A DNA stretch of 63,930 nucleotides from a virus (IMGVR_UViG_3300037714_000576:1-63930); one strand, 5' to 3'; shown: positions 48,504 through 58,708, counted from the stretch's first letter. Program-made: numbers and translations. Notes: generated from the letters alone by a model not told the origin.

Positions 48504-49195
48504 GCGCCAAGCAAAAGCGGCGTCTCAAAGTGTTGAAGCTCGTCAAACACGTCACACAGACCTATTCCAGAGTAGATAAAGAAATAACAGATGCCCGCGC
48601 CGCGCTCCCCGGGATTCCGTGCAAACGAGGCTGCAATGCGTGCTGCCGAATGCACACAATCATCACCGCAGCTGAAGCATTCACGATCGTCGAGAAGCAT
48701 CCTGAGTTGGTGCGTTCGCGCTTGCCTGTTTTGAAAGAACAGGCGGAGATCATGACAGACCTCGCCAAGAAATACGACAATCAAACACTCAAGCACGAAG
48801 TCGTGATCGGTTCGGATTGGTGGGCGTTACAGCTGGCTTGTCCGCTACTTCTGGACGACGGCTCTTGTGGAGTCTACGCCGTACGACCTATTGCATGCCG
48901 TACACATATGGTTGTAGACGATCCGGCACGCTGCGCGATGGTGCCCGCTGTATATATCGCCCATTGTGTTCCGATTCAGCTGCGAGACGGGGCCTACACC
49001 GAAATCAGTGACAACTGGTTCGCAGATATGCGGACACACGTGTATCCGTTCGGGTCACTGCCCAAGATGGTACTCATCGCTTACAACACGCTAATGGGAT
49101 CGGGTCCGCTTTTCTCCACGCGCGCGACGAAATCAACGTCTGAGATTCCACATGAAGACGCCAAGGATTCCAGTTCCGAGCCCGACTGCGAGTAA
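48500..49195 (+). CDS. YkgJ-family Cys-cluster protein
   Basis: CKRGCNACC, CPLL...CGVYAVRPIACR. Confidence 0.85.
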   Translation: MSAKQKRRLKVLKLVKHVTQTYSRVDKEITDARAALPGIPCKRGCNACCRMHTIITAAEAFTIVEKHPELVRSRLPVLKEQAEIMTDLAKKYDNQTLKHEVVIGSDWWALQLACPLLLDDGSCGVYAVRPIACRTHMVVDDPARCAMVPAVYIAHCVPIQLRDGAYTEISDNWFADMRTHVYPFGSLPKMVLIAYNTLMGSGPLFSTRATKSTSEIPHEDAKDSSSEPDCE

Positions 49196-49939
49196 CGGAA
49201 GCCAATTGACGTCACGTTTGGGTTGAGGTTTGGGAGTCGAAACAGGAGCAGGTTTGGGAGTGGTTTTCTCCTGCTCACGACGCGCGGCGCGGTTGATATT
49301 GTAGGCAGTCGACGCTTGTGCCACGTCCTGCCAGAAGGCCGCCAAATACGCCTTTGCCGACCAGAATCGGCAGAAGCCCTCCACGGGCAAACACAGTGTG
49401 TTGGGGCCGCCAGGCGCACCTTGGTTGCAGCTCGGGACTGCGTTGACGTTCGTCACCCACGGGCGCATCGCGCGATTGTCGTAGCCGTAGAGCGCACGCA
49501 GGCCTAGGTGCGGAGACCCCATGATTTTCGTGACCGAACAGTCATCGTTGCAAGTGCCCGAGAGATCGAGCTTCGGCCAGCACTCCGGACAAGTCCACTG
49601 TCGAGGGAGCCAAGGAAAGAGTCCGGCGGAGACCCGCGCGCCGTTGGGGAGCACGCGAGTCGTCGCTGCCTGCATCCAAATTGGCTTCACACGCCGCATC
49701 CAGGGCTCGACGGCGCGCACGACCCACCCAGCATCGTCCGGGTGAATAGCTGCTGCGTGGCCGTCACAGATGATGCGGTACGTACGAGAGCCGGTCGGCA
49801 GATCGAGCGCGCCGGTCGCGAGCACCGCGCCCTGGAAGGCCTGCACCCAGTACGCCGCCATGTAGTCGTAGCCCTGGCCCGGATCGCGAAAGGTCCACGT
49901 CGGTTTGCACGGCTGCCCCAAGATGCTCGCGTCTGCCAT
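49133..49939 (-). CDS. Cys-containing protein with C-terminal TM anchor (putative virion protein)
   Basis: GGAG SD, PKP linker, TM, terminal RR. Confidence 0.75.
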   Translation of the reverse strand: MADASILGQPCKPTWTFRDPGQGYDYMAAYWVQAFQGAVLATGALDLPTGSRTYRIICDGHAAAIHPDDAGWVVRAVEPWMRRVKPIWMQAATTRVLPNGARVSAGLFPWLPRQWTCPECWPKLDLSGTCNDDCSVTKIMGSPHLGLRALYGYDNRAMRPWVTNVNAVPSCNQGAPGGPNTLCLPVEGFCRFWSAKAYLAAFWQDVAQASTAYNINRAARREQEKTTPKPAPVSTPKPQPKRDVNWLPLLAVGLGTGILGVFMWNLRR

Positions 49940-50295
49940 CGGCGCTCCCCGCGCGCAGCTCAGCGCCGGGCGCCCCTCAAAACTACACGCTTCTGCCGAG
50001 AAAACCGCCGCAATTGGCACTGATCAGCGCGAGCGGCGCCCGGCGGCGACCCGTGCGGCCCAAACGATCAGCGCAGCGCATGCCTGGCCCTCGTAGGCCT
50101 GGAGCTCCGAGCTCGTACGGCAGAGCGTCTTGTACGGTGCGCCCACCGGGTGCCACCAAAAGCCGTACGAAACCAGCTCGAGCGTCATGTATTGCTCGGG
50201 GACACCTGCCCGGAGATCTGCGATCCGCACGACGCAGCTGGCGCAGACCACGTCAGGACCAGCAAGAGATCGATTGCCGCAAAGCACACACTGCA

Positions 50296-50691
50296 CTACG
50301 GCCGGCCATTCCTAAAAGGCTTAATAAGCGTCTTGTAGAGGCGAAAAGCCTTACGAAGCGCTTCGTTGGGTTCGGGCGGATCCAGCAGTGCCGCAGCAAA
50401 TCGCTTTTGATCTTCGAGATTCAATTCCTGCTCGAACGGCATGCCTCCGAGCTCGGCACGGCCTGCGCTCGTAATCCAGTACTCCCGCTGCGGGAGGCCA
50501 CCCGCCACGCCGGGCACTTCTGCGGAGCCCACCTGCGCGGCATCCTCCAAGCGATCGAGGTGCACGTAGATTGTGCCCCGGCCCAGTTTGCCCGCCGCAC
50601 GTTCAACGAGTTCCATACCGCGCATTTTGCCGTTGTCGGCGAGCAAACGCAGGATCAATAGCTCTTTCTTCTTCGTGTCGAATGGCCACAT
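50296..50691 (-). CDS. PadR-like wHTH regulator with DUF1778-like tail
   Basis: LLILRLL...GTIYVHLDRLE...REYWITSAGRAEL; LEDQKRFAAALLDPPEPNEALRKAF. Confidence 0.75.
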   Translation of the reverse strand: MWPFDTKKKELLILRLLADNGKMRGMELVERAAGKLGRGTIYVHLDRLEDAAQVGSAEVPGVAGGLPQREYWITSAGRAELGGMPFEQELNLEDQKRFAAALLDPPEPNEALRKAFRLYKTLIKPFRNGRP

Positions 50692-50753
50692 GTGGTTGCC
50701 TCAAATTATACTCGATTCCAAAAGGCCAACACGAACTAAAATGCGTGCCGAAA

Positions 50754-51311
50754 ATGCCCATCACAATCAAAATCGGAACAATCAACCGTGGTGCAGCGAA
50801 ACGGCGCGTGCAATGGAAGTGTAAGCACGATTTGCACCGCGCACGCCGAAGAATGCCGCATCCCGATCGTGTCGCACGCGAACAACGCAATTGCTGGACG
50901 TGGGGGCGGACAGATCAACCCGGCATACGAAACAAGCGTGCACTGCTAGGGGATGGACCGTGGCTTAACGAACCCGATCGTATCGAATGGCAAGAACACG
51001 GTTTTGTATGTATGGCGATCCGACACTCCGAGCTCGGACACTGGTGTGGCTACGTCGGTGTCACTGCAGCCCACCCTTGGTACCGCTACAATGCATCCAA
51101 CCTTACGTTCGTGCATGGCGGCGTAACCAAAGCATGTGACGGCAAAATACACACATCTGATGAACCCATTTGGTGGATCGGATTCGACTGCGCGCACTAT
51201 ACAGATCTTGTACCCGGCCTACACCGTAACGGAATCATAATTCCGTGGTGCGTCTACCGCACAGAAGCCTTCGTAAGGGCTGAGGTCGCAGACCTCGCCG
51301 CGCAGCTTTAG
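50754..51311 (+). CDS. Conserved phage protein (start uncertain)
   Basis: GHWCGYVGV...HP...VHGG.T...WWIGFDCAH..D. Confidence 0.7.
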   Translation: MPITIKIGTINRGAAKRRVQWKCKHDLHRARRRMPHPDRVAREQRNCWTWGRTDQPGIRNKRALLGDGPWLNEPDRIEWQEHGFVCMAIRHSELGHWCGYVGVTAAHPWYRYNASNLTFVHGGVTKACDGKIHTSDEPIWWIGFDCAHYTDLVPGLHRNGIIIPWCVYRTEAFVRAEVADLAAQL

Positions 51312-51586
51312 CGGAGCTCCCAGGGGGCTGGGCCGTTGTTGAGGACCCGTCCGGTCGCAAGGACTGTTGACAGGAGCAGCCCGGAGACGCCGAACGCAGC
51401 GAACGCGTGCCGCCACTTGGAGTTCGTCACGCTGGCGACCACAGCCGCGGCCGAGCCCACCCCGATCACCAGGGTAATCACCGCGAAAAACTTGCGTTCT
51501 TTGGTGAGAGCTTGGGGCGCACGCGGGGTGATCGCGTATTGCACCCCGGCCTGGAAGCCGAGCTGGTACTCAGGCGACGTTTCCAC
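51308..51586 (-). CDS. Small two-TM membrane protein
   Basis: Two hydrophobic helices. Confidence 0.65.
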   Translation of the reverse strand: METSPEYQLGFQAGVQYAITPRAPQALTKERKFFAVITLVIGVGSAAAVVASVTNSKWRHAFAAFGVSGLLLSTVLATGRVLNNGPAPWELR

Positions 51587-51860
51587 CCGAGCCAGTATAT
51601 CGCAGCCTTTGGTCTGCAGGGTCGTCAGTCACCAAAGGAGTTGGTGGGTCGGCCACCTCGTCTTCGTCTTCGTCTTCGTCTTCGTCTTCGTCTTCGTCTT
51701 CGTCTTCGTCTTCGTCTTCGTCTTCGTCTTCGTCTTCGTCTTCGTCTTCGTCTTCGTCTTCGTCTTCGTCTTCGTCTTCGTCTTCGACGGCATCAGCATC
51801 AACGTCGATTTCATCGGCAGCATCGATTTCGAACGCGTTGAATTTCTCGTAGCTAGTCAT
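51570..51860 (-). CDS. Extremely acidic (ED)n protein
   Basis: ATGA-coupled in operon; flanks of the repeat are also acidic. Confidence 0.7.
   Translation of the reverse strand: MTSYEKFNAFEIDAADEIDVDADAVEDEDEDEDEDEDEDEDEDEDEDEDEDEDEDEDEDEDEDEDEDEVADPPTPLVTDDPADQRLRYTGSGGNVA
51661..51786. repeat. Perfect hexamer tandem repeat (TCTTCG)21
   Basis: Counted directly. Confidence 0.97.
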
Positions 51861-52294
51861 TCCAGAGCCCCCTTATCGTTCAATATTTGATCATCCGCTA
51901 CACGTGCTTCCAGCCATGCATCCCGACGAACGCTTTTCGGAAGCCATAGTTTCGAATGCCGCTCTAGCGACACCCAGATAACAGGACGTCCCTTCTTGCG
52001 GGCGTCCAAGAGTGCTAGTGCAACACCTTCCGAGATACCTCGATCGATGCCCACAACGGTTTGTTGTGCATGACGACCCCACTCAAGTCCGGTTTTGATT
52101 CCGATCGCTCGTTCCTCGGGGACATCGTCATACAGAAAGCGTGTGCAGAAGATGTGCGACGCAAGAGGGTAGTCGCCACGAAGTGCCACAAAACGGCATA
52201 GATCACGTGCGTACGACAAATTCAAACGCCCATCTTCAGGATCTTCTGAACGCGGCTTGAATGGGGACTCCACCAGTGTTAGTTTTCCTGGCAT
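51857..52294 (-). CDS. DUF7768/DUF4406-like Rossmannoid phage protein
   Basis: VESPF, YAR...RG..P.ASH, L.D..PEER..GI, DRGISEG. Confidence 0.7.
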   Translation of the reverse strand: MPGKLTLVESPFKPRSEDPEDGRLNLSYARDLCRFVALRGDYPLASHIFCTRFLYDDVPEERAIGIKTGLEWGRHAQQTVVGIDRGISEGVALALLDARKKGRPVIWVSLERHSKLWLPKSVRRDAWLEARVADDQILNDKGALE

Positions 52295-52965
52295 CAGTCT
52301 GGAACCTTGTGGAAGCCCCACGCATCCATTTGATCAGCGATCGCGCGAGCGCCAGTAATTTTATCTTCACTGCCTTCACCGCCTTCGGCGTTTTCGACAA
52401 GATCCGCCCACTGACGCACGAGTTGTGCTGCGAACTGGTCTTGTGCACGTAAAATGAAGAGTGGTTCGCTCAGAAGCGCACGATTGAGACAGCTGTCTTC
52501 ATTGGTGATCGCTGCAAACTTGTCTTGTGTCGTCGAACGGTCTTCTTCTGTGACCAATCCGAGCTCGTGGTACAGGTACCAGAGCGTCTCCTGAGAAATC
52601 GTAAAGCTCTCCCCGAACACACGAATTCGTGGCTTCTCGGGATCGACAGGATCGCCTGGTTTGTTCTCCTCAGCCCAAATGCCAATGAACTCGAGCGCAT
52701 TGACGTTAAAGGCCCCCCAGCCGATATCGATCATCTCCGGCCGCTGTTGGTTTTGGTTCTCGAGAAGCTGCGCGATCTGCTTGTCTTTCTCAGCAATCTG
52801 CCGATCTTTCTCGATGAGCTGATGAAAGAGGACTCGAAACATCACCTCCCGCGCTTGTTGCGCATCTTCAGGTTGCTCTGATGCGTCTTCGACCCCATTG
52901 CTGAACGAGGCCGACTGTTCTGCGGCTGCTTGCATTGACGTCCCCCAATCTAACAAATCGCTCAT
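52294..52965 (-). CDS. Hypothetical protein
   Basis: Coiled coil; C-terminal EPLFILRAQD.FA...VR.WA. Confidence 0.7.
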   Translation of the reverse strand: MSDLLDWGTSMQAAAEQSASFSNGVEDASEQPEDAQQAREVMFRVLFHQLIEKDRQIAEKDKQIAQLLENQNQQRPEMIDIGWGAFNVNALEFIGIWAEENKPGDPVDPEKPRIRVFGESFTISQETLWYLYHELGLVTEEDRSTTQDKFAAITNEDSCLNRALLSEPLFILRAQDQFAAQLVRQWADLVENAEGGEGSEDKITGARAIADQMDAWGFHKVPD

Positions 52966-53284
52966 AGCGGAGAACGCACGATCGCGTCAACGCTGCACGA
53001 CGTTTGTGGAAGAAAATTGTTGCGAACAGTAAGAAACTGAAGATCTACACAACGTGCTACACAGATCTGCGTTTCTGCTCCACTCCAATGCCGAATGCAC
53101 AATGGAGCGAGAGCGGATTGCAAAGGATCACGTCCGCGAGCGGAATCACGCTCTCCGAAAGCACATCAGCCCGCTCCACTTCGGTCGGTACTTGCCGCGG
53201 CTTGTGCCGGTAGCAGTAGTCCTGACCCCGTGGAGCGGGCTGGAGGCACTCTTGGCAGCGCGTGTTCACACCGCGCGCCTTGGC

Positions 53285-53704
53285 CTAGGCCTGGATCGCA
53301 GGTTCGTCGGTCTCTGCGCCTTCGGCGGGCTGCAAGGCAGCCTCATTCGCCTGCGCCGCGAGGCTGGTGAGTTTCTTGTACACAGCGATTTCGTCGCCGT
53401 ACTCCCCGATCACGCCCTGCATGTACACGTCCGGCGTGACGCCACGCTTCATCGCCTTGAGGCCGATACGACCCCACGCAGCCTGCTCATCCTTCGTGAG
53501 CTCGAGATCGGGATCGATCTGACGCTTCGCGCGCGGCTTGTACTTGCGGCGAGGCTTCGCGGCAACTTCGGCCGTTTCTGCACTGTGCTCTGCGGGCTGG
53601 GGATCCCCGGCAACAGGCTGCGCCGGGCGCTGGATCGTGCGCGGCGTATTCGTGGGAAGACCGCCAGCGCGGACCTGGGGTTGAGGCTCAGCATTCACAG
53701 TCAT
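53285..53704 (-). CDS. Putative DNA-binding protein
   Basis: AAAGG SD; basic KPRRKYKPRAKR followed by helices. Confidence 0.6.
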   Translation of the reverse strand: MTVNAEPQPQVRAGGLPTNTPRTIQRPAQPVAGDPQPAEHSAETAEVAAKPRRKYKPRAKRQIDPDLELTKDEQAAWGRIGLKAMKRGVTPDVYMQGVIGEYGDEIAVYKKLTSLAAQANEAALQPAEGAETDEPAIQA

Positions 53705-53830
53705 GATCAGACCTTTCTTTTCTCGGCCCCCCTTTCGGTTGGGGGTTCAACGTCGTGAACATAGCAATCCAATTGCAGATCTGCAAGACCTGCTTCGTTT
53801 GTGAAAGGCAGAAAGCCTCGGAGCCTGAAT

Positions 53831-54589
53831 CTACAGGAAACTCTCGAACATGGGGTTGCCTGAAGTGGTCGACATCAGATCGAACGCGATGGCGCTTGCC
53901 GTCGCGTTGTTCGAAATAAAGCCGTACCGCCCCAAAAAGGCTGTATTCAGGGGAAGGTTGCTCGACAGGACTCCCCGTGCTGGAGTCCCAACGACGTCGA
54001 GCCGCCGAACGGAATAGTTCACCACGGTCGCGTTACGCAGGCATTCCAGGACGAGCTCGTAGGCAACCCCTGCAGTCCGGGGCGGGAAGCTCGCACCGAG
54101 GTTGACTTTCGTCGCCGCACCTGCAGCATCGTTGTGCATTACCTGCAGATTCGCGTCGGTACCGTCCACACCAATTCCAATGACGTCTGTTAAGGTCGAT
54201 GGATCGACGTCGGTAGGGGCTGCGACACTTGCGCGGAATCCAAAGAAATACCGCTCATCTGCGACAACAGTAGGCAGACCGAAACGCTGGATGAACAGGA
54301 ATCCGCCACGATTGGATGCGTTCCCTAGAAAATGCATGAGCGCCGTGTCATTGATGCCCGCGACACTCCCAGCGCCTGCCGCCGTGATGATACCGACCCG
54401 ATTCTGCGAATCGAGCCAGCCTGTACTGGCCGGGGTACGTGCGGCCGCAGTCCCTGTGACGGTGAGCGCGACACCGAGGGAGCTAATCGCAGTGACACCT
54501 ACTGCGGGACGCACCGTGAAGAGCTCGTACTTGTCCTCTGCCGGCATGAAGGGGACATCCCGGCCCTGCGTGCTGACAACACCGCTCAT
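53831..54589 (-). CDS. Beta-sandwich structural protein
   Basis: A/G/T/V-rich beta strands, last gene of structural operon. Confidence 0.7.
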   Translation of the reverse strand: MSGVVSTQGRDVPFMPAEDKYELFTVRPAVGVTAISSLGVALTVTGTAAARTPASTGWLDSQNRVGIITAAGAGSVAGINDTALMHFLGNASNRGGFLFIQRFGLPTVVADERYFFGFRASVAAPTDVDPSTLTDVIGIGVDGTDANLQVMHNDAAGAATKVNLGASFPPRTAGVAYELVLECLRNATVVNYSVRRLDVVGTPARGVLSSNLPLNTAFLGRYGFISNNATASAIAFDLMSTTSGNPMFESFL

Positions 54590-56469
54590 GACGCCCTCGC
54601 AATCGCGCTCGCACCCGCCACCACGGCGCTCAGGCTGGCCGCAAGGGCCGCACTCGCGATCGTGTCACCGCCACCCGGACCAACCGTCAAATCGCCTCCC
54701 GGGCCTGTGACCGTGGCCGGTGGGGCATTCAGAAAGAACGCACGCCCGCCACCACGACAGGTCACACCAAAGTTGCCCGCACCGAGCCCGGTGATCGTGT
54801 TGCCCGCACCACCCGGGAAGTAGCAAGACGAACCGCCACTGCAGGCAACGCCACTGCCGGACGTCGACGCGGCCAACGTGAAAGTGGCGTTCAAAAGCGT
54901 TAAATTCGAATTTTGTCGGACGCGTGCACCGCCACCAACGCCGGTAGCGTTAAGAACGGTCGCAGCTTCACCGACGAAGCTACTGCCCTCGAAAATGTCA
55001 AGGCCCGGTTGCGCAGCGATCGTGGTGCCGGTGCAGGTCATTGCGGCAGACGTCTCGGAAATGAACGTCGAACCGCCACTGAGAACCAGACCATTGGTCG
55101 TACCGGTAAACGCACACGAGGCGTTGTTGACCACGACACGTGACTGATCGACGCTCATCCCAACGGTCGAGCTTCCACCTCCAAAGACATTCGTTGCGGC
55201 GCCACGCATCAGCACCTGCGAATTGCGCAGAATGTTCGCACCGAACGCATTGGCGTTGATGGCCGAGAAGTTACCCATCATATCGAGCATACTGTTGGTC
55301 TCGACACGCAGCGGTATGACGGCGTTTCCACCGTCACAGCTCATGCGCCGAGTGAGCGCGTAGCTGATCGACATGAGGAAGCTGCGGCAAGTGATCGCGA
55401 TGTTGTTGTTTCCCTGCAGCCACGTCACCCGAAAGAGATTGATGTCTCCAAGGGCCGATCCACCATGAATCTCGATCGTACCGCTCTGCGTGAGGCCGCT
55501 GACGTCAGTACTGTTCGGCGACATGCCGCCGACTACCAGCATTCCGCGCAGCACACAGCCTGCACCGAGCAGCACGCTTCCCTCGGTCAACAAGGCTGCA
55601 GGCCACGTAAGCCCCCAGCCAATCCAATTCGTAATCTGCGCGAAGCCTGCGAGCCCGACCCGAATCGCCCACTCATTCATGGCAGCTTCTGGCAGCACAA
55701 AGCCACCATCAACCTGAGCGTCGACAAGTGAAAGAATTCCGGGGTTAACTTCCACGCCAAACAACCGCGCGCGCGCAGAAGCAATTATCCCCCGCACAGT
55801 CGCACTACTCATCGTCAAACGCACATTGATGAGCGCGACAGGATGATACTCACGGCTCGAGCTGATCGAATCTATAATTTGGACGGTTCCGGAGACTTCA
55901 ACAGCAGTGGTTGTAAAAATCACCGCCGGGCGAATAATTGCAAAGTCCGAACCAACTCCCGGATCGATCACAGATGTTGGATAACCTGCGACCTCAACAG
56001 GCGTAACAACAGTCGCCGTGTTGTCTCGAACCGACAAACGATGGCCGTTTGCAGCGCCCGAGCGCCACTCAAGTGTCAACCCCCTGTACAGATTGACTGC
56101 GACAGGCGCGGCGAGCGTCAAATTGGTTGCGTTGGTTCCCGCCGCGGAGACACCTGTTGCAACGGTCGTGAAACCGGTATCACCTGGCTGCCCCGCACCA
56201 TCTCCAAGAATCGTCAATGCAAAAGGTAATGGCGTCCATGCGTAGGTTCCACTCGCAACATGGATCACGGCCAAAGTCGCATTGCTGGGAATCTTGCTGT
56301 ACGCACCTGCAAGCGTCAGAACCGGCGTGAGCGGGGTAAGTCCGTTGTTGGCGTCGTTGCCTGTCGTCGCGAGGTAGACATCGATCGTCGGCGGGAGCGG
56401 AAAGGGTGCGGGAATTATAGGCGAGCTCGTGACTGCATGCCCTGGCGAAATACCGGCGTTCGAACTCAT
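54586..56469 (-). CDS. Beta-helix spike/receptor-binding protein
   Basis: VYLATTGNDANNGLT...P..TL..A motif; G/S/N-rich parallel beta-helix-like repeats. Confidence 0.75.
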   Translation of the reverse strand: MSSNAGISPGHAVTSSPIIPAPFPLPPTIDVYLATTGNDANNGLTPLTPVLTLAGAYSKIPSNATLAVIHVASGTYAWTPLPFALTILGDGAGQPGDTGFTTVATGVSAAGTNATNLTLAAPVAVNLYRGLTLEWRSGAANGHRLSVRDNTATVVTPVEVAGYPTSVIDPGVGSDFAIIRPAVIFTTTAVEVSGTVQIIDSISSSREYHPVALINVRLTMSSATVRGIIASARARLFGVEVNPGILSLVDAQVDGGFVLPEAAMNEWAIRVGLAGFAQITNWIGWGLTWPAALLTEGSVLLGAGCVLRGMLVVGGMSPNSTDVSGLTQSGTIEIHGGSALGDINLFRVTWLQGNNNIAITCRSFLMSISYALTRRMSCDGGNAVIPLRVETNSMLDMMGNFSAINANAFGANILRNSQVLMRGAATNVFGGGSSTVGMSVDQSRVVVNNASCAFTGTTNGLVLSGGSTFISETSAAMTCTGTTIAAQPGLDIFEGSSFVGEAATVLNATGVGGGARVRQNSNLTLLNATFTLAASTSGSGVACSGGSSCYFPGGAGNTITGLGAGNFGVTCRGGGRAFFLNAPPATVTGPGGDLTVGPGGGDTIASAALAASLSAVVAGASAIARAS

Positions 56470-56476
56470 GGCAGTT

Positions 56477-57367
56477 CTACTGGACGTATTGCAAATGGAA
56501 GGGTGGTGCAAAGACGCTCAAGTCCGGAACGCTTCCCGCGAGCGACACCAGCTGTCCGTACATTGGGCATGCTGTCAATGAGCACAATCCGGCCCATGTG
56601 TAGCAAGTTGCTGGCGTGTAGGCCGCACCGGGGGCCCAGTACTGGTAATCACCCGCGCCATCGGGACCGTACACCACTTGCTGCAACGAGCTCAACGCAG
56701 TCAGAGCCGGACCCGTGCAATCGTCGGTCTCGTAGTAAATGATCACACCTGCGGGGTAATCGACAGTCCCGATCACAGTGTTGACCAACCAGAATGCTTG
56801 ATCGGTTGCACTCCAGTACAACGCTTCGATGTCGGTACGAAGGACATTGCGCCCGATTGACAGATTCGGAATGTCTTCATCGTCTTGATCGACGTAGGTC
56901 ACTTTCGGAGCATCTGAGCCTGTTGCGCCTGTTGATCCTGTTGCACCTGTAGCACCCACAGATCCCGTCGCACCGGTAGATCCAGTTGCACCCGCAGCAC
57001 CTGGCGCACCATTGCACGCATACGAAGTACCCGCTGAAAGAATCAGTGCAGTCCCGCCGTACGTGCAGTTCGAACCCGGCGATTCACTCGCACCGACCAC
57101 AGATTCACCGGGAACGCCTTGTGAGCCTGTCGCACCCGTGGAGCCTGTCACGCCGTTGCAAATGTAGTAGGTCTGCGCGGACTGAGAAGGAATCGTACAC
57201 GCGGGAACGTCCACGCGTTGACCGCCAGCAGAGCAATTCGATCCAGGCGATTCTGGCTGAATCGAACCACTCGTGCTCGAAATCAAACACGTCAGCACAA
57301 GTTGAGCATGTGCTGCGCTTGATGTCAGAAGCGCGAACGTAATTGCGAGAAGTGCGAACCTTGTCAT
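56477..57367 (-). CDS. Collagen-like protein with signal peptide
   Basis: Signal peptide ending AHA; two ESPGSNC..GG...CNG modules; GxT triplets. Confidence 0.8.
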   Translation of the reverse strand: MTRFALLAITFALLTSSAAHAQLVLTCLISSTSGSIQPESPGSNCSAGGQRVDVPACTIPSQSAQTYYICNGVTGSTGATGSQGVPGESVVGASESPGSNCTYGGTALILSAGTSYACNGAPGAAGATGSTGATGSVGATGATGSTGATGSDAPKVTYVDQDDEDIPNLSIGRNVLRTDIEALYWSATDQAFWLVNTVIGTVDYPAGVIIYYETDDCTGPALTALSSLQQVVYGPDGAGDYQYWAPGAAYTPATCYTWAGLCSLTACPMYGQLVSLAGSVPDLSVFAPPFHLQYVQ

Positions 57368-57825
57368 AACACCAAACCTTCCACACGCAGGTATAGGTCC
57401 GCAGCCGCCGCGGTAAATGTCATCGCAGTGGTAGAAAGACCGAACGAACATGCGCGCTCGAAAATCAGACCGTCTTGAGAGGGACTCCACGAGAATTCCT
57501 GTTGGGGATTCACAGGAATGCTCTGAATCGGAACTTGCGGATTGACCGGCACTGTAGGCTGGTCGAAAAACTGAACATAACGGATTGCCAGGTTGTTGTT
57601 GAATCCCGTGACCAGACTCAGCGTGAAACGCCCCTGATATACAATGCCACTGGCAACGAGAGCTGCTGCAGTGAAAATCAACGGGCGCGCATTGCGCAGT
57701 ACAGACTGATTGGTCTGATCGTAGTTCGATACGGGAAGAGTTGGCGGAGAATAGAACCGGTTGAGTGTCCGAATGCGCGCAAGCGTCAAGTCGGAGAGCA
57801 ACTGTGCGCCGAGAAGGGTTTGCAT
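57364..57825 (-). CDS. Small beta-sandwich structural protein (vertex/penton candidate)
   Basis: N...RYVQFFD...P...P...G..F.....STT pattern. Confidence 0.6.
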   Translation of the reverse strand: MQTLLGAQLLSDLTLARIRTLNRFYSPPTLPVSNYDQTNQSVLRNARPLIFTAAALVASGIVYQGRFTLSLVTGFNNNLAIRYVQFFDQPTVPVNPQVPIQSIPVNPQQEFSWSPSQDGLIFERACSFGLSTTAMTFTAAAADLYLRVEGLVL

Positions 57826-57828
57826 AGT

Positions 57829-58137
57829 TCATTCTCCGAGAATGCGCATAAAGCGCTGAAATTTGTCGATCCCCTGAGAGATCTGCTTTGCGAGGCCCGG
57901 ACGTTTGGACTCGAGCAAAATCTTTGTGAACTTGCCGAGCGTGTCTGTCGCTGCGTTGATTGTTTCTGCACACTCGCCGGTGTGTGCGTAGAAAAGCGGT
58001 TTGTCGACAACTCCAAATGCAACGTCTTCAGACGAAACGGGACGTCCGCAAACCCGACACCGCAAGGAATGTATCTTCTTTGAATCTTTCATGAGAGAGC
58101 TCGAGCAGACGGCGGCACCGTCAGATCGTGCAGACAT
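57829..58137 (-). CDS. Small Zn-binding protein
   Basis: CRVC...H...C; start uncertain. Confidence 0.55.
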   Translation of the reverse strand: MSARSDGAAVCSSSLMKDSKKIHSLRCRVCGRPVSSEDVAFGVVDKPLFYAHTGECAETINAATDTLGKFTKILLESKRPGLAKQISQGIDKFQRFMRILGE

Positions 58138-58167
58138 GGTCCATGTGGACTGGGTGCCGCCGGGTAC

Positions 58168-58371
58168 CTACTTCTTCTTGGGGCTGGCGCCACCGGTGCT
58201 GAAACCGAGCTGCTTGCGGGCCGCGTCCACCTCTGCCATCGCGGCACACGGCGTGCAGCCCTCTTTGCGGCGCACAGTCCGACGCGCAGCGGGGGCTTGC
58301 TGCACTTGGTGCGCGCCGATCCCTTCGACGGCGGCGACGGCCAAATCCGCCAACATGTGTAGAAAGCTCAT
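58168..58371 (-). CDS. Small protein with CTPC
   Basis: GGAGG SD, ATGA overlap. Confidence 0.6.
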   Translation of the reverse strand: MSFLHMLADLAVAAVEGIGAHQVQQAPAARRTVRRKEGCTPCAAMAEVDAARKQLGFSTGGASPKKK

Positions 58372-58706
58372 GATTTCCTCCCCTGCCGCCAGACATACAC
58401 CAAAGACAGCGCGCCCGTGGTCCCGAGAAAGAATAACCACCAGATCGGGTAGTCGTTGCGGTGCGTGACGACGTCCACCAGATTGCGGAGACTCGACGTC
58501 GCAAGTCCAGTCCGAAACGCGATCCCGTCATTCTGCGTGACCACATAGCCGAGCGTCGCGCCTGCGGCCCACGCACCGACGTACTCACCCGCCGCGCCCA
58601 CCCAATCAGCAGGCAGCGCTCGAGCGGGTACAGACGCGTCCGCAGCGGCGATCCGCAAGGGGCGCCAAGGTGACGCGTGCAGGCCCCAATCGGCTGGCGC
58701 TGGCAT
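58368..58706 (-). CDS. Membrane protein
   Basis: AGGAG SD, TM segments. Confidence 0.7.
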   Translation of the reverse strand: MPAPADWGLHASPWRPLRIAAADASVPARALPADWVGAAGEYVGAWAAGATLGYVVTQNDGIAFRTGLATSSLRNLVDVVTHRNDYPIWWLFFLGTTGALSLVYVWRQGRKS

Positions 58707-58708
58707 GT

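Noticed and set aside
51336-51890. Poly-VF, poly-RL and poly-KT ORFs
   Set aside because: Alternative frames of the hexamer repeat. Only the ED frame fits the operon coupling and the acidic flanks.
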